Shown here one piece after another: positions 9,100 through 18,351 of a stretch of 63,279 bases of DNA. Both the position numbers and the translations under genes were made by a program. Source of the DNA: a virus; IMG/VR virus record IMGVR_UViG_3300009415_000003; one strand, 5' to 3'. Position 1 is the first letter of the stretch, and every line of letters starts with the position of its first letter. The notes below the pieces were generated by a model, which saw only the letters and a program-made list of their open reading frames with translations, was not told the DNA's origin and did not search any database.

Positions 9100-9437
9100 T
9101 ATTCACTTTTTAATTCAGATATCTTTTTGATAATATCAGTTTGTAATGTCATAAACATCTGTTCTAAATGATCTACTCTCTTTGTCAGCTCATCGTTCTG
9201 AGTTTTCAATTGAGCGATTTCAATGTTTTTCTTTTCAATTTCTTGAGGATCTTTTCCCAGAATCGAATAAATAATCGGACTCAATGAACCGACTAAAACA
9301 CCGATGATCAACTTAATGACATCATTATTCTTTTCGGGTATCTCGAAAAAGAATAAACTAACTGTAATCATGATCACGATGACAAACATCAGGATCGCTC
9401 CATAATAATTCTTCGCCTCTTTCATAAATTCTCCCAC
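9099..9437 (-). CDS. Two-TM membrane protein with C-terminal coiled coil (holin- or spanin-like)
   Basis: 112 aa with hydrophobic helices YGAILMFVIVIMITVSLFFF and LIIGVLVGSLSPIIYSIL, followed by a heptad-like EIEKKNIEIAQLKTQNDELTKRVDHLEQ. Confidence 0.6.
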   Translation of the reverse strand: MGEFMKEAKNYYGAILMFVIVIMITVSLFFFEIPEKNNDVIKLIIGVLVGSLSPIIYSILGKDPQEIEKKNIEIAQLKTQNDELTKRVDHLEQMFMTLQTDIIKKISELKSE

Positions 9438-9438
9438 T

Positions 9439-10620
9439 CTATTTATTTAGTGCTTCAAAAATCAACTGACTTAAAAATGGTTCGTTTAACATACTATAAT
9501 TTTTAAGCCCTAATAATTTCGCCCAGACTTTATTTTCTTTTAATGTGTAATTTGAAGCTATTTGTTTTGCTGTTAGGTTTCTGATTTCTGAGAATTTGTC
9601 ATCTGCATCAGAAATCATTTTATCTATCTCCGATTGAAATTCATCTATCTGATTACCTGATTTTTCTTCTGCTAATTTTACGGCTGATTGGTATTCTTTT
9701 TCATTTATAAAAATAGTAGCACCTTCAATTGGTTCATCAACTCCATATGTCACGCCTTGGTCTTCCTCTAATATCCAATATTGAGTTTCTTGAATTTGAT
9801 TAGCGACAACTCCTGTAATCTCATCTCTTGGATTAAATGAGAAATTAGCCTCTGATCTTAATCCTGGTATGTACCTGAAATATGAATCGCTTTGTGAGCT
9901 TGTGACTTGATACCTTTCTCTTACTTGAACTTGAACTGTAGCACCTGCTGGTACATTTAACCTATATCCATGACCACTTCCAAAAGGAATTATATTTTCT
10001 TGTACTGATCTTACGATATCAGGACTCGTATCATTTCTTGTGTCCTTGTATCTATACTTATGATAAGTCTTAGTCCATACCGGTGTCCCATTTATCACTA
10101 ACCTATAGTCAGCCCATAGCCTTGCTCTATTTCTTCTGGATAATAAATAGTGATTTCCAAAATCAAGATTCACTGTCATGTCAGTTATGCAGTTAGGCGA
10201 TGTTCTTGCTACACTTACATTAGCCCAATCTCCTTCAGTTCTTGGAATATTAGCATTCTGAGTTATTGGCGTCCATGCTGACCACCAGCCTGTTCGATTT
10301 GTTCCATTTTCAAAATCCCCTGTACAACGTTCAATGTCTATGTCTGTTAGATACCCATTGTTTGCTACAAAAGCATCTACCTGAGATTCTGTTAATTGTG
10401 TATCATTCAAATCTGGATGATCTACTAATTCATTAATGCAATCTGAGAACTTATTCAAATCATCACATGATAACTCATAAGGATCTGGAAAATCTATACA
10501 CTTATTAATATCTTCGCAATCAGCTTTAGCCACTCCTGCCCAGCATTCAATAAACAAGACTTCTTGAGTATTTGCTAAAGTCGCTAAAAAAGTAATTATT
10601 GTAATTAATATATATCTCAT
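9439..10620 (-). CDS. Exported protein, unknown function
   Basis: 393 aa with signal peptide MRYILITIITFLATLANT/QE. The N-terminal region is Cys-rich and the C-terminus is helical and Lys/Glu-rich. Confidence 0.75.
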   Translation of the reverse strand: MRYILITIITFLATLANTQEVLFIECWAGVAKADCEDINKCIDFPDPYELSCDDLNKFSDCINELVDHPDLNDTQLTESQVDAFVANNGYLTDIDIERCTGDFENGTNRTGWWSAWTPITQNANIPRTEGDWANVSVARTSPNCITDMTVNLDFGNHYLLSRRNRARLWADYRLVINGTPVWTKTYHKYRYKDTRNDTSPDIVRSVQENIIPFGSGHGYRLNVPAGATVQVQVRERYQVTSSQSDSYFRYIPGLRSEANFSFNPRDEITGVVANQIQETQYWILEEDQGVTYGVDEPIEGATIFINEKEYQSAVKLAEEKSGNQIDEFQSEIDKMISDADDKFSEIRNLTAKQIASNYTLKENKVWAKLLGLKNYSMLNEPFLSQLIFEALNK

Positions 10621-12998
10621 TCTTTAGTTAATTTAGGACAACAATCATCTCTTGATGGTACAGCTATCGTATCAGATCTATTAGAAAACTTCTCTATGAT
10701 GTAGGCTTTTCCGTCAATACAAGCTTCTTTTTCATATAAGAAACCACCAGCATTAATTGCATCTGCTATCGCTTTTATATCAGCTTCGCAAAGCTTAATT
10801 AAAAAAGCATCTTGATTTTCGCATCCTAAAGATTCTGCATTTGGATTAGGTGATAGTATTGTAGGTGATTCTTGGGCCACTCCATTTATGATTAATTCAG
10901 CACCTTCTATTACTGGGCATAAAAAATGAAATAGCCCTGGACTTGTGCCGTCGGCTGCTGCTATCCACTGCTTACCACCAGCTGCCACTAAAGCATCGTT
11001 GAATTCAGATAGAGTAGTGCCCTTTATGTCTCCATATTGATAGCTTACATTAGGATTAGGTCTACCTCCTGTGAATTGTAATGCGGCATCAGCACAAGCG
11101 TCGACACATTCTACTATAGGAAGTCCGACTACCTTTACTGTCTGATCTATCTCACATACTTCTATATCACAAGTTGGAAGCCTCTTAAAGCCTGTCGTGT
11201 CTGTTACTTCACCATCAATCGTGAAGACTCCATCGCAGATCATACCAGAAAGTTGATCACCGACCTTGCAAGGGAAAGCAGAACTAATAGATAACGCTTT
11301 TCTCTTTAGTGATTCTAATTCACGCGTCAGTTGTTTTTTAACAGTCAGATTTTTAACGAGCTGCAATTTTATCTGTACTGCTGCTATCTGAACCTTGATC
11401 GGTCTAACTGGATCAAGTTGAGGCGTTGCCGTTGATGCATCACACATATAGCAAGCTTGCTCGCATATCTGATCACAACCTTGACAGGGTGCAATATCGT
11501 CGCCTGTATAGGTTTCTATGACTTGCCCAGAAGCATTGTAGTCTGTTGTATCTTGCTGAGTCCCTGTTGATTCAAAAATATCTTCACAGTTGCTTAATTC
11601 TGCTAATGTCCTTGTGAATTCTGTACAACCATCTTCACCCGTTGTACATAGATTAATAGTGATTTTATTATAATCACATTCGCAATCGATCTTCTTAAAT
11701 TCTGTAATGAATTCTAATGAGCTGCAATCTTGGTAAGTTAGATCTCCAGTGCAGGGATTTTGATAGATCCATAGATCACCTGAGTATTGATCCTTTTCAT
11801 TTCCGATTAATGCACAAATCGTATTACCTGTTTGTATTGATACACAATCATCATCATCTACTTCGATAGGTGGCTCTGAAAAATCAGTACCATCACAATT
11901 TATGACTTCACCAGCATATTCAACAAGATCGTCAGGACTCTCAGCATTCAGATAAGAGTCTTCTGTATAGGTTTCATTGCTCCGTTCTGGGCAATCTGTT
12001 ATTAATCTTACTACCCGTGGGCCAGCTGTTCCATCTTCATTTTTCTGACATAAATTAAACCTCTCAGTAGTACAAGGCGAAACTGCATCATCTTCTATGT
12101 AATATTCAAACTTGTATCCACAATCTTTAATACAATCTAATGGTATGGGCACGTCAGGGCCATTCTCTACAGGTTGCCACGTTGGTCTTTCTGTCTCTTC
12201 GTATTCGTTTGTTTCATAACCATTCTCATCAAGTATAGGCTGACAGAATTTTACTTTTTTTACGCCCTTTTCAATGACATGATAGTACCATACTGTTTTA
12301 TAGGTCTCACCCAATGGAAGAGGATACACTGTATATTGGCACCCGTCTGTAATCCTTGTCATCTTTTTAGTGCCGATTTTAAAGCAAGGATCTATACTTG
12401 TATATTTTGTAAACCTCCAAGTCGGAGCTGGCAACCTTCCAAATGCAGCATTTGTTTTATCATCTTTGAACTTGTTGCCGAAATCGGCCCATCCTTGTAA
12501 TTCTGGTGTCCACAATGTATAAGGTCCAAGCTGCTCTCCTTCTCCGTATGATCTTCCATTACATCTGAATTCATCGACTATGAATCCTTGATTAAAAAAA
12601 ACTAAATTAGGTCTATCGCCACAATCATTACTGGAAGATCCAGCACTGAAACCATTGTCAAACATTGCTTCAGATATTCTAAATATGCCACAACTTGGGT
12701 TTATAATTGTTGGCAAATTACAAGACGGTGCAACATTATCGCACGATCTTGGTATAAATTCACTGCCTACTTGATTTAAGCAATCGCATGTTGATGAATT
12801 AATAATATCAACCCAAACAGCTTGATTTGTAATCGTATCACAAGCTTCATAAAAGTTACCAGTTACTGGCTGTCCGACTCCATTTTGTAATGCTTCTACT
12901 AAAACTGAATCGTCAGAATATAAAATAGGTTCACTTACTTTTTTCGAGCAACCGAAAAATAAGCCGAAAACCACAAAAAAATAAATGAACCTATTCAT
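10617..12998 (-). CDS. Cys-rich lipoprotein, unknown function
   Basis: 793 aa. The N-terminus MNRFIYFFVVFGLFFGCSKK is a lipoprotein signal with a lipobox Cys. Dozens of Cys throughout. Confidence 0.8.
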   Translation of the reverse strand: MNRFIYFFVVFGLFFGCSKKVSEPILYSDDSVLVEALQNGVGQPVTGNFYEACDTITNQAVWVDIINSSTCDCLNQVGSEFIPRSCDNVAPSCNLPTIINPSCGIFRISEAMFDNGFSAGSSSNDCGDRPNLVFFNQGFIVDEFRCNGRSYGEGEQLGPYTLWTPELQGWADFGNKFKDDKTNAAFGRLPAPTWRFTKYTSIDPCFKIGTKKMTRITDGCQYTVYPLPLGETYKTVWYYHVIEKGVKKVKFCQPILDENGYETNEYEETERPTWQPVENGPDVPIPLDCIKDCGYKFEYYIEDDAVSPCTTERFNLCQKNEDGTAGPRVVRLITDCPERSNETYTEDSYLNAESPDDLVEYAGEVINCDGTDFSEPPIEVDDDDCVSIQTGNTICALIGNEKDQYSGDLWIYQNPCTGDLTYQDCSSLEFITEFKKIDCECDYNKITINLCTTGEDGCTEFTRTLAELSNCEDIFESTGTQQDTTDYNASGQVIETYTGDDIAPCQGCDQICEQACYMCDASTATPQLDPVRPIKVQIAAVQIKLQLVKNLTVKKQLTRELESLKRKALSISSAFPCKVGDQLSGMICDGVFTIDGEVTDTTGFKRLPTCDIEVCEIDQTVKVVGLPIVECVDACADAALQFTGGRPNPNVSYQYGDIKGTTLSEFNDALVAAGGKQWIAAADGTSPGLFHFLCPVIEGAELIINGVAQESPTILSPNPNAESLGCENQDAFLIKLCEADIKAIADAINAGGFLYEKEACIDGKAYIIEKFSNRSDTIAVPSRDDCCPKLTKE

Positions 12999-13026
12999 TG
13001 ATATTAAAATTCTAATCCTTAATTAA

Positions 13027-14103
13027 TTATTCACCTTCTCCCTCACCTTCACCTCCTGCTGGTGTTGTTGGATCATCATCACATAAAACTAAAATTGCAT
13101 TAGCGATAATTCCTGCACCTGCTGGAATAACTAAAGGAGTCGTTAAGTCATAACAAGCATCCGCAAGTCCATCACAGTCTTCATCTGCATAAGTTAATTT
13201 CTCGCAAAACTTCTGACCAGCATCAATTGATACTGGAGTCGTTCCGTATTCTGTAGGTCCATTAGATGTAAGGACTGCGCCTGCGCAATTCTGGCCTTTG
13301 TACTCTCCTATAATTTCTAATGCAACGATACCATCTGGCGCAACTCCATCAATCAATGCACCTGCAGCAATAGCTGCATCTAATACATCTTGTATGGTTC
13401 CCGTAGCTCCAGGTCCGCAAATTTCTACTGTTTTTTCAACCGATTTTTCGGCTGGTAATGAAGGGGGAAACCCCGCAAAGTTTGACATTTTTGTATAATT
13501 TTCTGTATTAATAATATTTTCCTCAATTGGTTCCACGCCCTGCTCAAATTGAACATAGGTGTTATTCTCACAGTCTAAGTATTGCACTAATTCTACAGGC
13601 TCCTGATCTTTCGGACCGTCCACTAAGTACATAGTACATGGAGTCGGGTCTATGAATCTTTCTTTTTTACATGGTGTAAATCCTGCCGCCTCTGGACTAC
13701 CCATTTGCATGACTGATCCTGTAGCATTTCCGTAGTAACCTATAACCGTTCCATCAGGCTTGGTGCATACTTGGAGTGTGCATATATTACCTTCTGTATC
13801 TTTGTACTGTAGTGGAATATTTTTATTGACTTCTACTGCGCCTGTGATTTCTACGTCCTCTACATTTACTATGACATCTGCAACTTCTGAACAATTACAA
13901 AAGTCATCAAATATCTGATCCAAGTCAGCTTCATTGACAATGCAATCACGATCTATGGTAGTTGATACTGATCCACCAACAACAATACATCCAGGTTCAA
14001 GATCAAATGAGTTATATATGTCTTTGTTTCCCGTCTCAATGTCCATGATGACAATGTTGCATCCGACAAGCTGAATGATATATTTTCTTTTTCTTGCTGC
14101 CAT
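13027..14103 (-). CDS. Cys-rich structural-module protein, no signal peptide
   Basis: 358 aa starting MAARKRKYIIQLVG. Many Cys and a C-terminal (GE)n tail GGEGEGEGE. Confidence 0.75.
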   Translation of the reverse strand: MAARKRKYIIQLVGCNIVIMDIETGNKDIYNSFDLEPGCIVVGGSVSTTIDRDCIVNEADLDQIFDDFCNCSEVADVIVNVEDVEITGAVEVNKNIPLQYKDTEGNICTLQVCTKPDGTVIGYYGNATGSVMQMGSPEAAGFTPCKKERFIDPTPCTMYLVDGPKDQEPVELVQYLDCENNTYVQFEQGVEPIEENIINTENYTKMSNFAGFPPSLPAEKSVEKTVEICGPGATGTIQDVLDAAIAAGALIDGVAPDGIVALEIIGEYKGQNCAGAVLTSNGPTEYGTTPVSIDAGQKFCEKLTYADEDCDGLADACYDLTTPLVIPAGAGIIANAILVLCDDDPTTPAGGEGEGEGE

Positions 14104-14113
14104 TGTTTTGATT

Positions 14114-14145
14114 AAAAAAAGGGTTTGAATCTATAACCCAAACCC
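14114..14145 (-). terminator. Intrinsic terminator
   Basis: On the - strand, GGGUUUG-(11 nt)-CAAACCC is followed by U7. It lies 28 nt after the stop of 14173..14988. Confidence 0.7.
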
Positions 14146-14172
14146 TTATCCATTTCAACTACCAAATGTGTT

Positions 14173-14988
14173 TTACTTAGGATCTTTCTTCACTTCATCT
14201 ACTTCCTTCACTGTTTTCGCTTTTTTCACTGTTTTCGCTTTTTTCTTCGGAGCTTTTAAAGGCTCTGGCCCTTCTTCCGTATCTTCTTCCTCTGACACGT
14301 ATTCACATTTTGTTGCACATAATATCGGTGTAGTGCCTCCGATTAAAGCGTCCTCAGTTAAAGCGCAGTCTGCTAAATCAAATGAATATGTATATGAGGT
14401 TACCTCTCCAAATACGTTTTTATTAATAAGTATATTGGTCGCATCCGGAACGACTTCTAAGATTGATGCTTCGTCAATTTCCTCTACTGATGTGTTTTGA
14501 TAAGTGCATATATCTATCGCTTTACATAGCTTGGTAAATGACAGCTCTGTACCATCTTCTAAGACAAGTGATAGGATTGATGCTTGACCTATATGGCTTA
14601 TCTCTTCGGCTGTGACTTTCAATTTGATATCGCACTCAAGAATGATCTCACAAGTGTCTGGATTCAATTGATCTTCTACTGGTACTTGATAACTCATCAA
14701 GGCGTTACAAATCGCATTGTATAGTGTATTCAATCCACCTTCAAGCTTTGTGTCAACTGGTTTATTGAATCTAACAATACCGTCCACTGGAGCTATACAA
14801 CCTTCGTAATCTTTATATTGAGAATGTTTGAATCCTATGACTGGACCTGTAATATCTGCCACTGGGAGTACATTTTTACACACTGGAATAGAGCCGCATT
14901 GATCACATTTTTTAGGCTTGATCATGTTTGTTGGGCACTGGAAAGGATTCGCAGGTATGTAACCGTATATTTTTGTATTTGTAGCCAT
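14173..14988 (-). CDS. Structural-module protein with Lys-rich C-terminal tail
   Basis: 271 aa. The C-terminus ..PKKKAKTVKKAKTVKEVDEVKKDPK is encoded by a short tandem nucleotide repeat (about 14207-14245). Confidence 0.75.
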   Translation of the reverse strand: MATNTKIYGYIPANPFQCPTNMIKPKKCDQCGSIPVCKNVLPVADITGPVIGFKHSQYKDYEGCIAPVDGIVRFNKPVDTKLEGGLNTLYNAICNALMSYQVPVEDQLNPDTCEIILECDIKLKVTAEEISHIGQASILSLVLEDGTELSFTKLCKAIDICTYQNTSVEEIDEASILEVVPDATNILINKNVFGEVTSYTYSFDLADCALTEDALIGGTTPILCATKCEYVSEEEDTEEGPEPLKAPKKKAKTVKKAKTVKEVDEVKKDPK

Positions 14989-15444
14989 TTAATTATATTT
15001 TTTATCAACTTCTGTCCATTTCTTTTTTGGACATTCTGTAATTACTTTTACAACTTTTTCTCCATTCTTTATTCGCTTCACTTCATCTTCTGTCAATGGA
15101 TCATCTATTAATTCAGGTATTCTAAAATGTTCTATCATCCTCGCTTTAGTCGCTAATACACAAGTGCAAATCCCACAACCGTCAACCGCTGGCAAAAATG
15201 CTTTGGGTTTTACTTTTGTTATGTAATCACATCTGTTACATATTTCCATCCTCGCATCTTTATGCTCTTTAGTGGCTAATCTGGCATCATCTTCAGTTGG
15301 ATTAGCTGCTAAATACTTAGCTAACTGATCTCCAACATAACTTTCAAATCCTTTAGGCAAACCCAATGAGTCTATGATTTTTCTTTTTAGTAATGCAATC
15401 CTGTGATCCTGCACATTTACATGAATGTAATTTTTCGCATCCAC
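14989..15444 (-). CDS. Small Cys-cluster (zinc-ribbon-like) protein
   Basis: 151 aa containing CNRCDYI...VDGCGICTCVLATKARM...ECPKKKW, a C-x2-C ... C-x2-C-x-C ... CP..KW pattern typical of a zinc-binding module. Overlaps the upstream ORF by 92 nt. Confidence 0.6.
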   Translation of the reverse strand: MDAKNYIHVNVQDHRIALLKRKIIDSLGLPKGFESYVGDQLAKYLAANPTEDDARLATKEHKDARMEICNRCDYITKVKPKAFLPAVDGCGICTCVLATKARMIEHFRIPELIDDPLTEDEVKRIKNGEKVVKVITECPKKKWTEVDKKYN

Positions 15445-16096
15445 ATTTCTTACATGCCATCTTGTCTAAGTTCTTATATAAATCATAGCATCCGCATGCT
15501 TGATTTTCTACTACCCACTCATCCAATTGAGTTAAGATTTCAGCTGCTTCATCTTTGAGCATCTTAATCCTGATCGCTATGTCTTTTGGACTTAATGATT
15601 CAGAGTCTTTGTCAAATCCTTTTCTCCATCCTCTTGCTGTTAATGGCATTGAATGTTTAGATCCAACTTGAATCTGCACCATCAAATCGATGTACTTCCA
15701 TAGGAACCCCTCACACCACAAATCATTCAAACAACTCTCTGTGAACTTCTGACCCTCTTTCCAATAATCACTCATTCCAGGTTCTCCTAATGGAGTTGGA
15801 TTATCAAAAATGATAAAGCCATCTTCATCTTTCTGATAGCAAGCGATCCAGAAGCAATTTTTCAGCTTTACTATATCACCTTCATTATATGTGTCATTTG
15901 GATTCCATGCCTTTGCATCAGAATAATCAACCAAATGAGCTTTCAAATATTTATAAAAATCAATCCCTAAACATTCCCTAAATTCTCGTCTTTCGACCAT
16001 GAGAATCTCATCAATGTTGCAGGACTGTAGATCTTTACCGTATCTATATCCTTTACCTATTTCATTCTGTAACAATAGCGTCTTGTGTCCCATCAC
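15353..16096 (-). CDS. Hypothetical head-module protein
   Basis: 247-aa ORF with a Cys-rich C-terminus MACKKCGCEKLHSCKCAGSQDC. Overlaps both neighbours. Confidence 0.6.
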   Translation of the reverse strand: MMGHKTLLLQNEIGKGYRYGKDLQSCNIDEILMVERREFRECLGIDFYKYLKAHLVDYSDAKAWNPNDTYNEGDIVKLKNCFWIACYQKDEDGFIIFDNPTPLGEPGMSDYWKEGQKFTESCLNDLWCEGFLWKYIDLMVQIQVGSKHSMPLTARGWRKGFDKDSESLSPKDIAIRIKMLKDEAAEILTQLDEWVVENQACGCYDLYKNLDKMACKKCGCEKLHSCKCAGSQDCITKKKNHRLIGFA

Positions 16097-17357
16097 TTAC
16101 ATTTTGATTAGGTAATTCTTCGTTCCTGACATTATCAGTCGTCTTCGTAAATTCTAAACGATAATTCAAATAACTATCGTTTCCACTTGCTTCTGCTAAT
16201 GGCTTATTCATCAAGCAAATAAATGCGCTCAAATCGTGCTGATGCTTTCTAACAATCGTTTCGTCTAAGACATTGATTAATGCATGTTGAGCATTGGATC
16301 CTAAACTGCTCTTTTGTTCTGCTGCACCTGTTGCTGATTTATGTAGCATATGAGCTGCATAGATGTTAGATGAGGCCATTGACAGATCAGATTCCTTCCA
16401 TTCATGATTTCGGTTGACTGTTAAGTCTTCCCATTCTGCTTCATATCCATATGGAATATAATTGACCGCAATTTCACTACTCTTTTTCCCTTTGTTGCTC
16501 ATCACTTTTTCTACGACCCTTCTCACTTGTTCTGCTATCTGTTGTGGAGTCGTTTCTTCTGGTAATGCTCCAGCTTCACATTCTCTAATCGTTAGAATCT
16601 TCTTAGTCACGATCGCTGATCCTGCTACCTTACAACTGTAATCTCTAATCAGAGCTTCAATTGCTTGATCTCTCTGAGTATGCCAACTATCAGGATAACC
16701 ATAATCATCACTTTCTCCAGTGTCATTTTTTAAATGAAATATTGTTTCTCTGAAATCTTTCTTTTCGGAAAAATTAGGATACACATCTACGAATTTTCGA
16801 GACTCCTTTTCATGGAGCTTCCCAAGATCGTGACAGATCAATAGAGACTTATTCAATAGATCATCTGGCTTTCTGACGATGTAAGCAGACATAGGATGTA
16901 TGACTCTTAACGTGACTCTTACTAATCCCTCAAATCTTGTTTCCATGTAATGCAAATAAGCATTGCCTGAAATTTTCAAGTGCCTGAAACATTGCTGTGA
17001 GATAGATCTCAACAAGGGTAATGTCAGTCCAAAATTTTCAAGGTATTCGCAATAAGCCTCTTTAGACTCATCGGCCAAAGGATCAACCTCTGGATTCGTG
17101 TATCTTAATCCTGCTTTGCCTTTTGTGATAATGTCAACATCACCACCAAAAGCAAATCGGGATAAGTAATTAATACAAGTTGCATGTGAACTGGCTAGGT
17201 CCGTCAACTGGTATAAAAATTTCAAAGTACCGTGAGAACTATATTTAGTAGTTCCCCTATAGGGTATCACATATTTGAGCGTTCCAAATAAGTTTTGCTG
17301 ATCGTAAACGTTTCTATATACCTTCTGAAATGGATCTTGTAATTCTATGAATGACAT
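16062..17357 (-). CDS. Putative portal protein
   Basis: 431 aa and the only large unassigned ORF in the head module. Its composition and central region (..DDYGYPDSW..) are loosely portal-like. The position after the capsid gene is atypical, so the call is tentative. Confidence 0.4.
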   Translation of the reverse strand: MSFIELQDPFQKVYRNVYDQQNLFGTLKYVIPYRGTTKYSSHGTLKFLYQLTDLASSHATCINYLSRFAFGGDVDIITKGKAGLRYTNPEVDPLADESKEAYCEYLENFGLTLPLLRSISQQCFRHLKISGNAYLHYMETRFEGLVRVTLRVIHPMSAYIVRKPDDLLNKSLLICHDLGKLHEKESRKFVDVYPNFSEKKDFRETIFHLKNDTGESDDYGYPDSWHTQRDQAIEALIRDYSCKVAGSAIVTKKILTIRECEAGALPEETTPQQIAEQVRRVVEKVMSNKGKKSSEIAVNYIPYGYEAEWEDLTVNRNHEWKESDLSMASSNIYAAHMLHKSATGAAEQKSSLGSNAQHALINVLDETIVRKHQHDLSAFICLMNKPLAEASGNDSYLNYRLEFTKTTDNVRNEELPNQNVSDGTQDAIVTE

Positions 17358-17360
17358 CCA

Positions 17361-17774
17361 TTACAGTTGGTAGTTTATAATTGCCGCTCTTAACGATTTA
17401 TCATCTTTCAATGTGTCAACTTCAATTGCTAATTCATTATCAATGATGTAATCAATCAGTTCTTGGCCTTTCAGCTTGTTGACTATTGCAGCTCTCTTTT
17501 GAGCTTCTTCTACTTTCTTTGCCTGTTCGTCATCTGCTGGATTAGTTAGTACTGCTATGGACTTTAAACCTCTTGCAGCTGTCTTACCGAGACCGTCAAA
17601 ATAAGCGTCAGTGTCTTTTGATACTTCTGCTTTGAACGTCTTTACTAATTTTCCATTCTGGAAAACTTTGTAATCACCACCCCATCCTATAGCCCTTAAA
17701 TTGTCACCTATTCCAGTGATTAGTTTAGGGCTATTGTTAGATGATTCCGATGGTATGTATTTGGTTTTACTCAT
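17361..17774 (-). CDS. Head-module protein with C-terminal HeH/Rho_N-like motif
   Basis: 137 aa. The C-terminal LKGQELIDYIIDNELAIEVDTLKDDKSLRAAIINY resembles HeH/SAP-type helix-extension-helix motifs. Confidence 0.55.
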   Translation of the reverse strand: MSKTKYIPSESSNNSPKLITGIGDNLRAIGWGGDYKVFQNGKLVKTFKAEVSKDTDAYFDGLGKTAARGLKSIAVLTNPADDEQAKKVEEAQKRAAIVNKLKGQELIDYIIDNELAIEVDTLKDDKSLRAAIINYQL

Positions 17775-17778
17775 TCAA

Positions 17779-18348
17779 TTATGGTAGTGGAATTAATGGT
17801 AGTGTATCATAGTCGACTAATGTAGACATGACTTCACAATTAGATCTCCAGTTGTAGGTTACGGCATTGGTTAATTCACCTGTACCGCCTAATGAGATTT
17901 CGTGACCTGTGAGTTTGCCTTTATAGCTTGCGCCCATTTGACCACCGATATTCTCAAGTCCAATGATGTATTGTCTACAATCTGTCGTTAATATCCATGC
18001 TACCCAATCACAGAAACTTTGCATGTTACAATTCATCAATCGTAACTGCTTACTTAGTGTCTGATAATCGACTGTCAGATTATTTTCATACCTACAATTA
18101 GCCTCATCAAAACTTTGAGTGAATGTTACAAAGTCAGAATCCCATCCTGCTACTTCAAAAAACAATCCTTCTGACATGACAATTGTAGTATTACAATCTT
18201 CTGCATCAATTCCCATGTTAGGAAGATCTAATTGTCCACGTCTTGCAAAAGCTAATTTTGCAATCTTAGCATTACATGTACATCCATCAGACGTTGTGTC
18301 TACTGAAGTAAATTCATATGGATTATCGTCGCAACTAATTATTGGCAT
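17779..18348 (-). CDS. Hypothetical head-module protein
   Basis: 189-aa ORF directly after the capsid gene, with several Cys. Confidence 0.65.
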   Translation of the reverse strand: MPIISCDDNPYEFTSVDTTSDGCTCNAKIAKLAFARRGQLDLPNMGIDAEDCNTTIVMSEGLFFEVAGWDSDFVTFTQSFDEANCRYENNLTVDYQTLSKQLRLMNCNMQSFCDWVAWILTTDCRQYIIGLENIGGQMGASYKGKLTGHEISLGGTGELTNAVTYNWRSNCEVMSTLVDYDTLPLIPLP

Positions 18349-18351
18349 GAT

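Noticed and set aside
14207-14245. Short tandem nucleotide repeat (cactgttttcgctttttt x2)
   Set aside because: It simply encodes the repeated KKAKTV in the basic tail of 14173..14988 and is not an independent element.
14168-14500. 110-aa + strand ORF with FTVFAFF repeats
   Set aside because: It lies antisense to the Lys-rich tandem-repeat tail of 14173..14988, so it is a repeat-driven shadow ORF.
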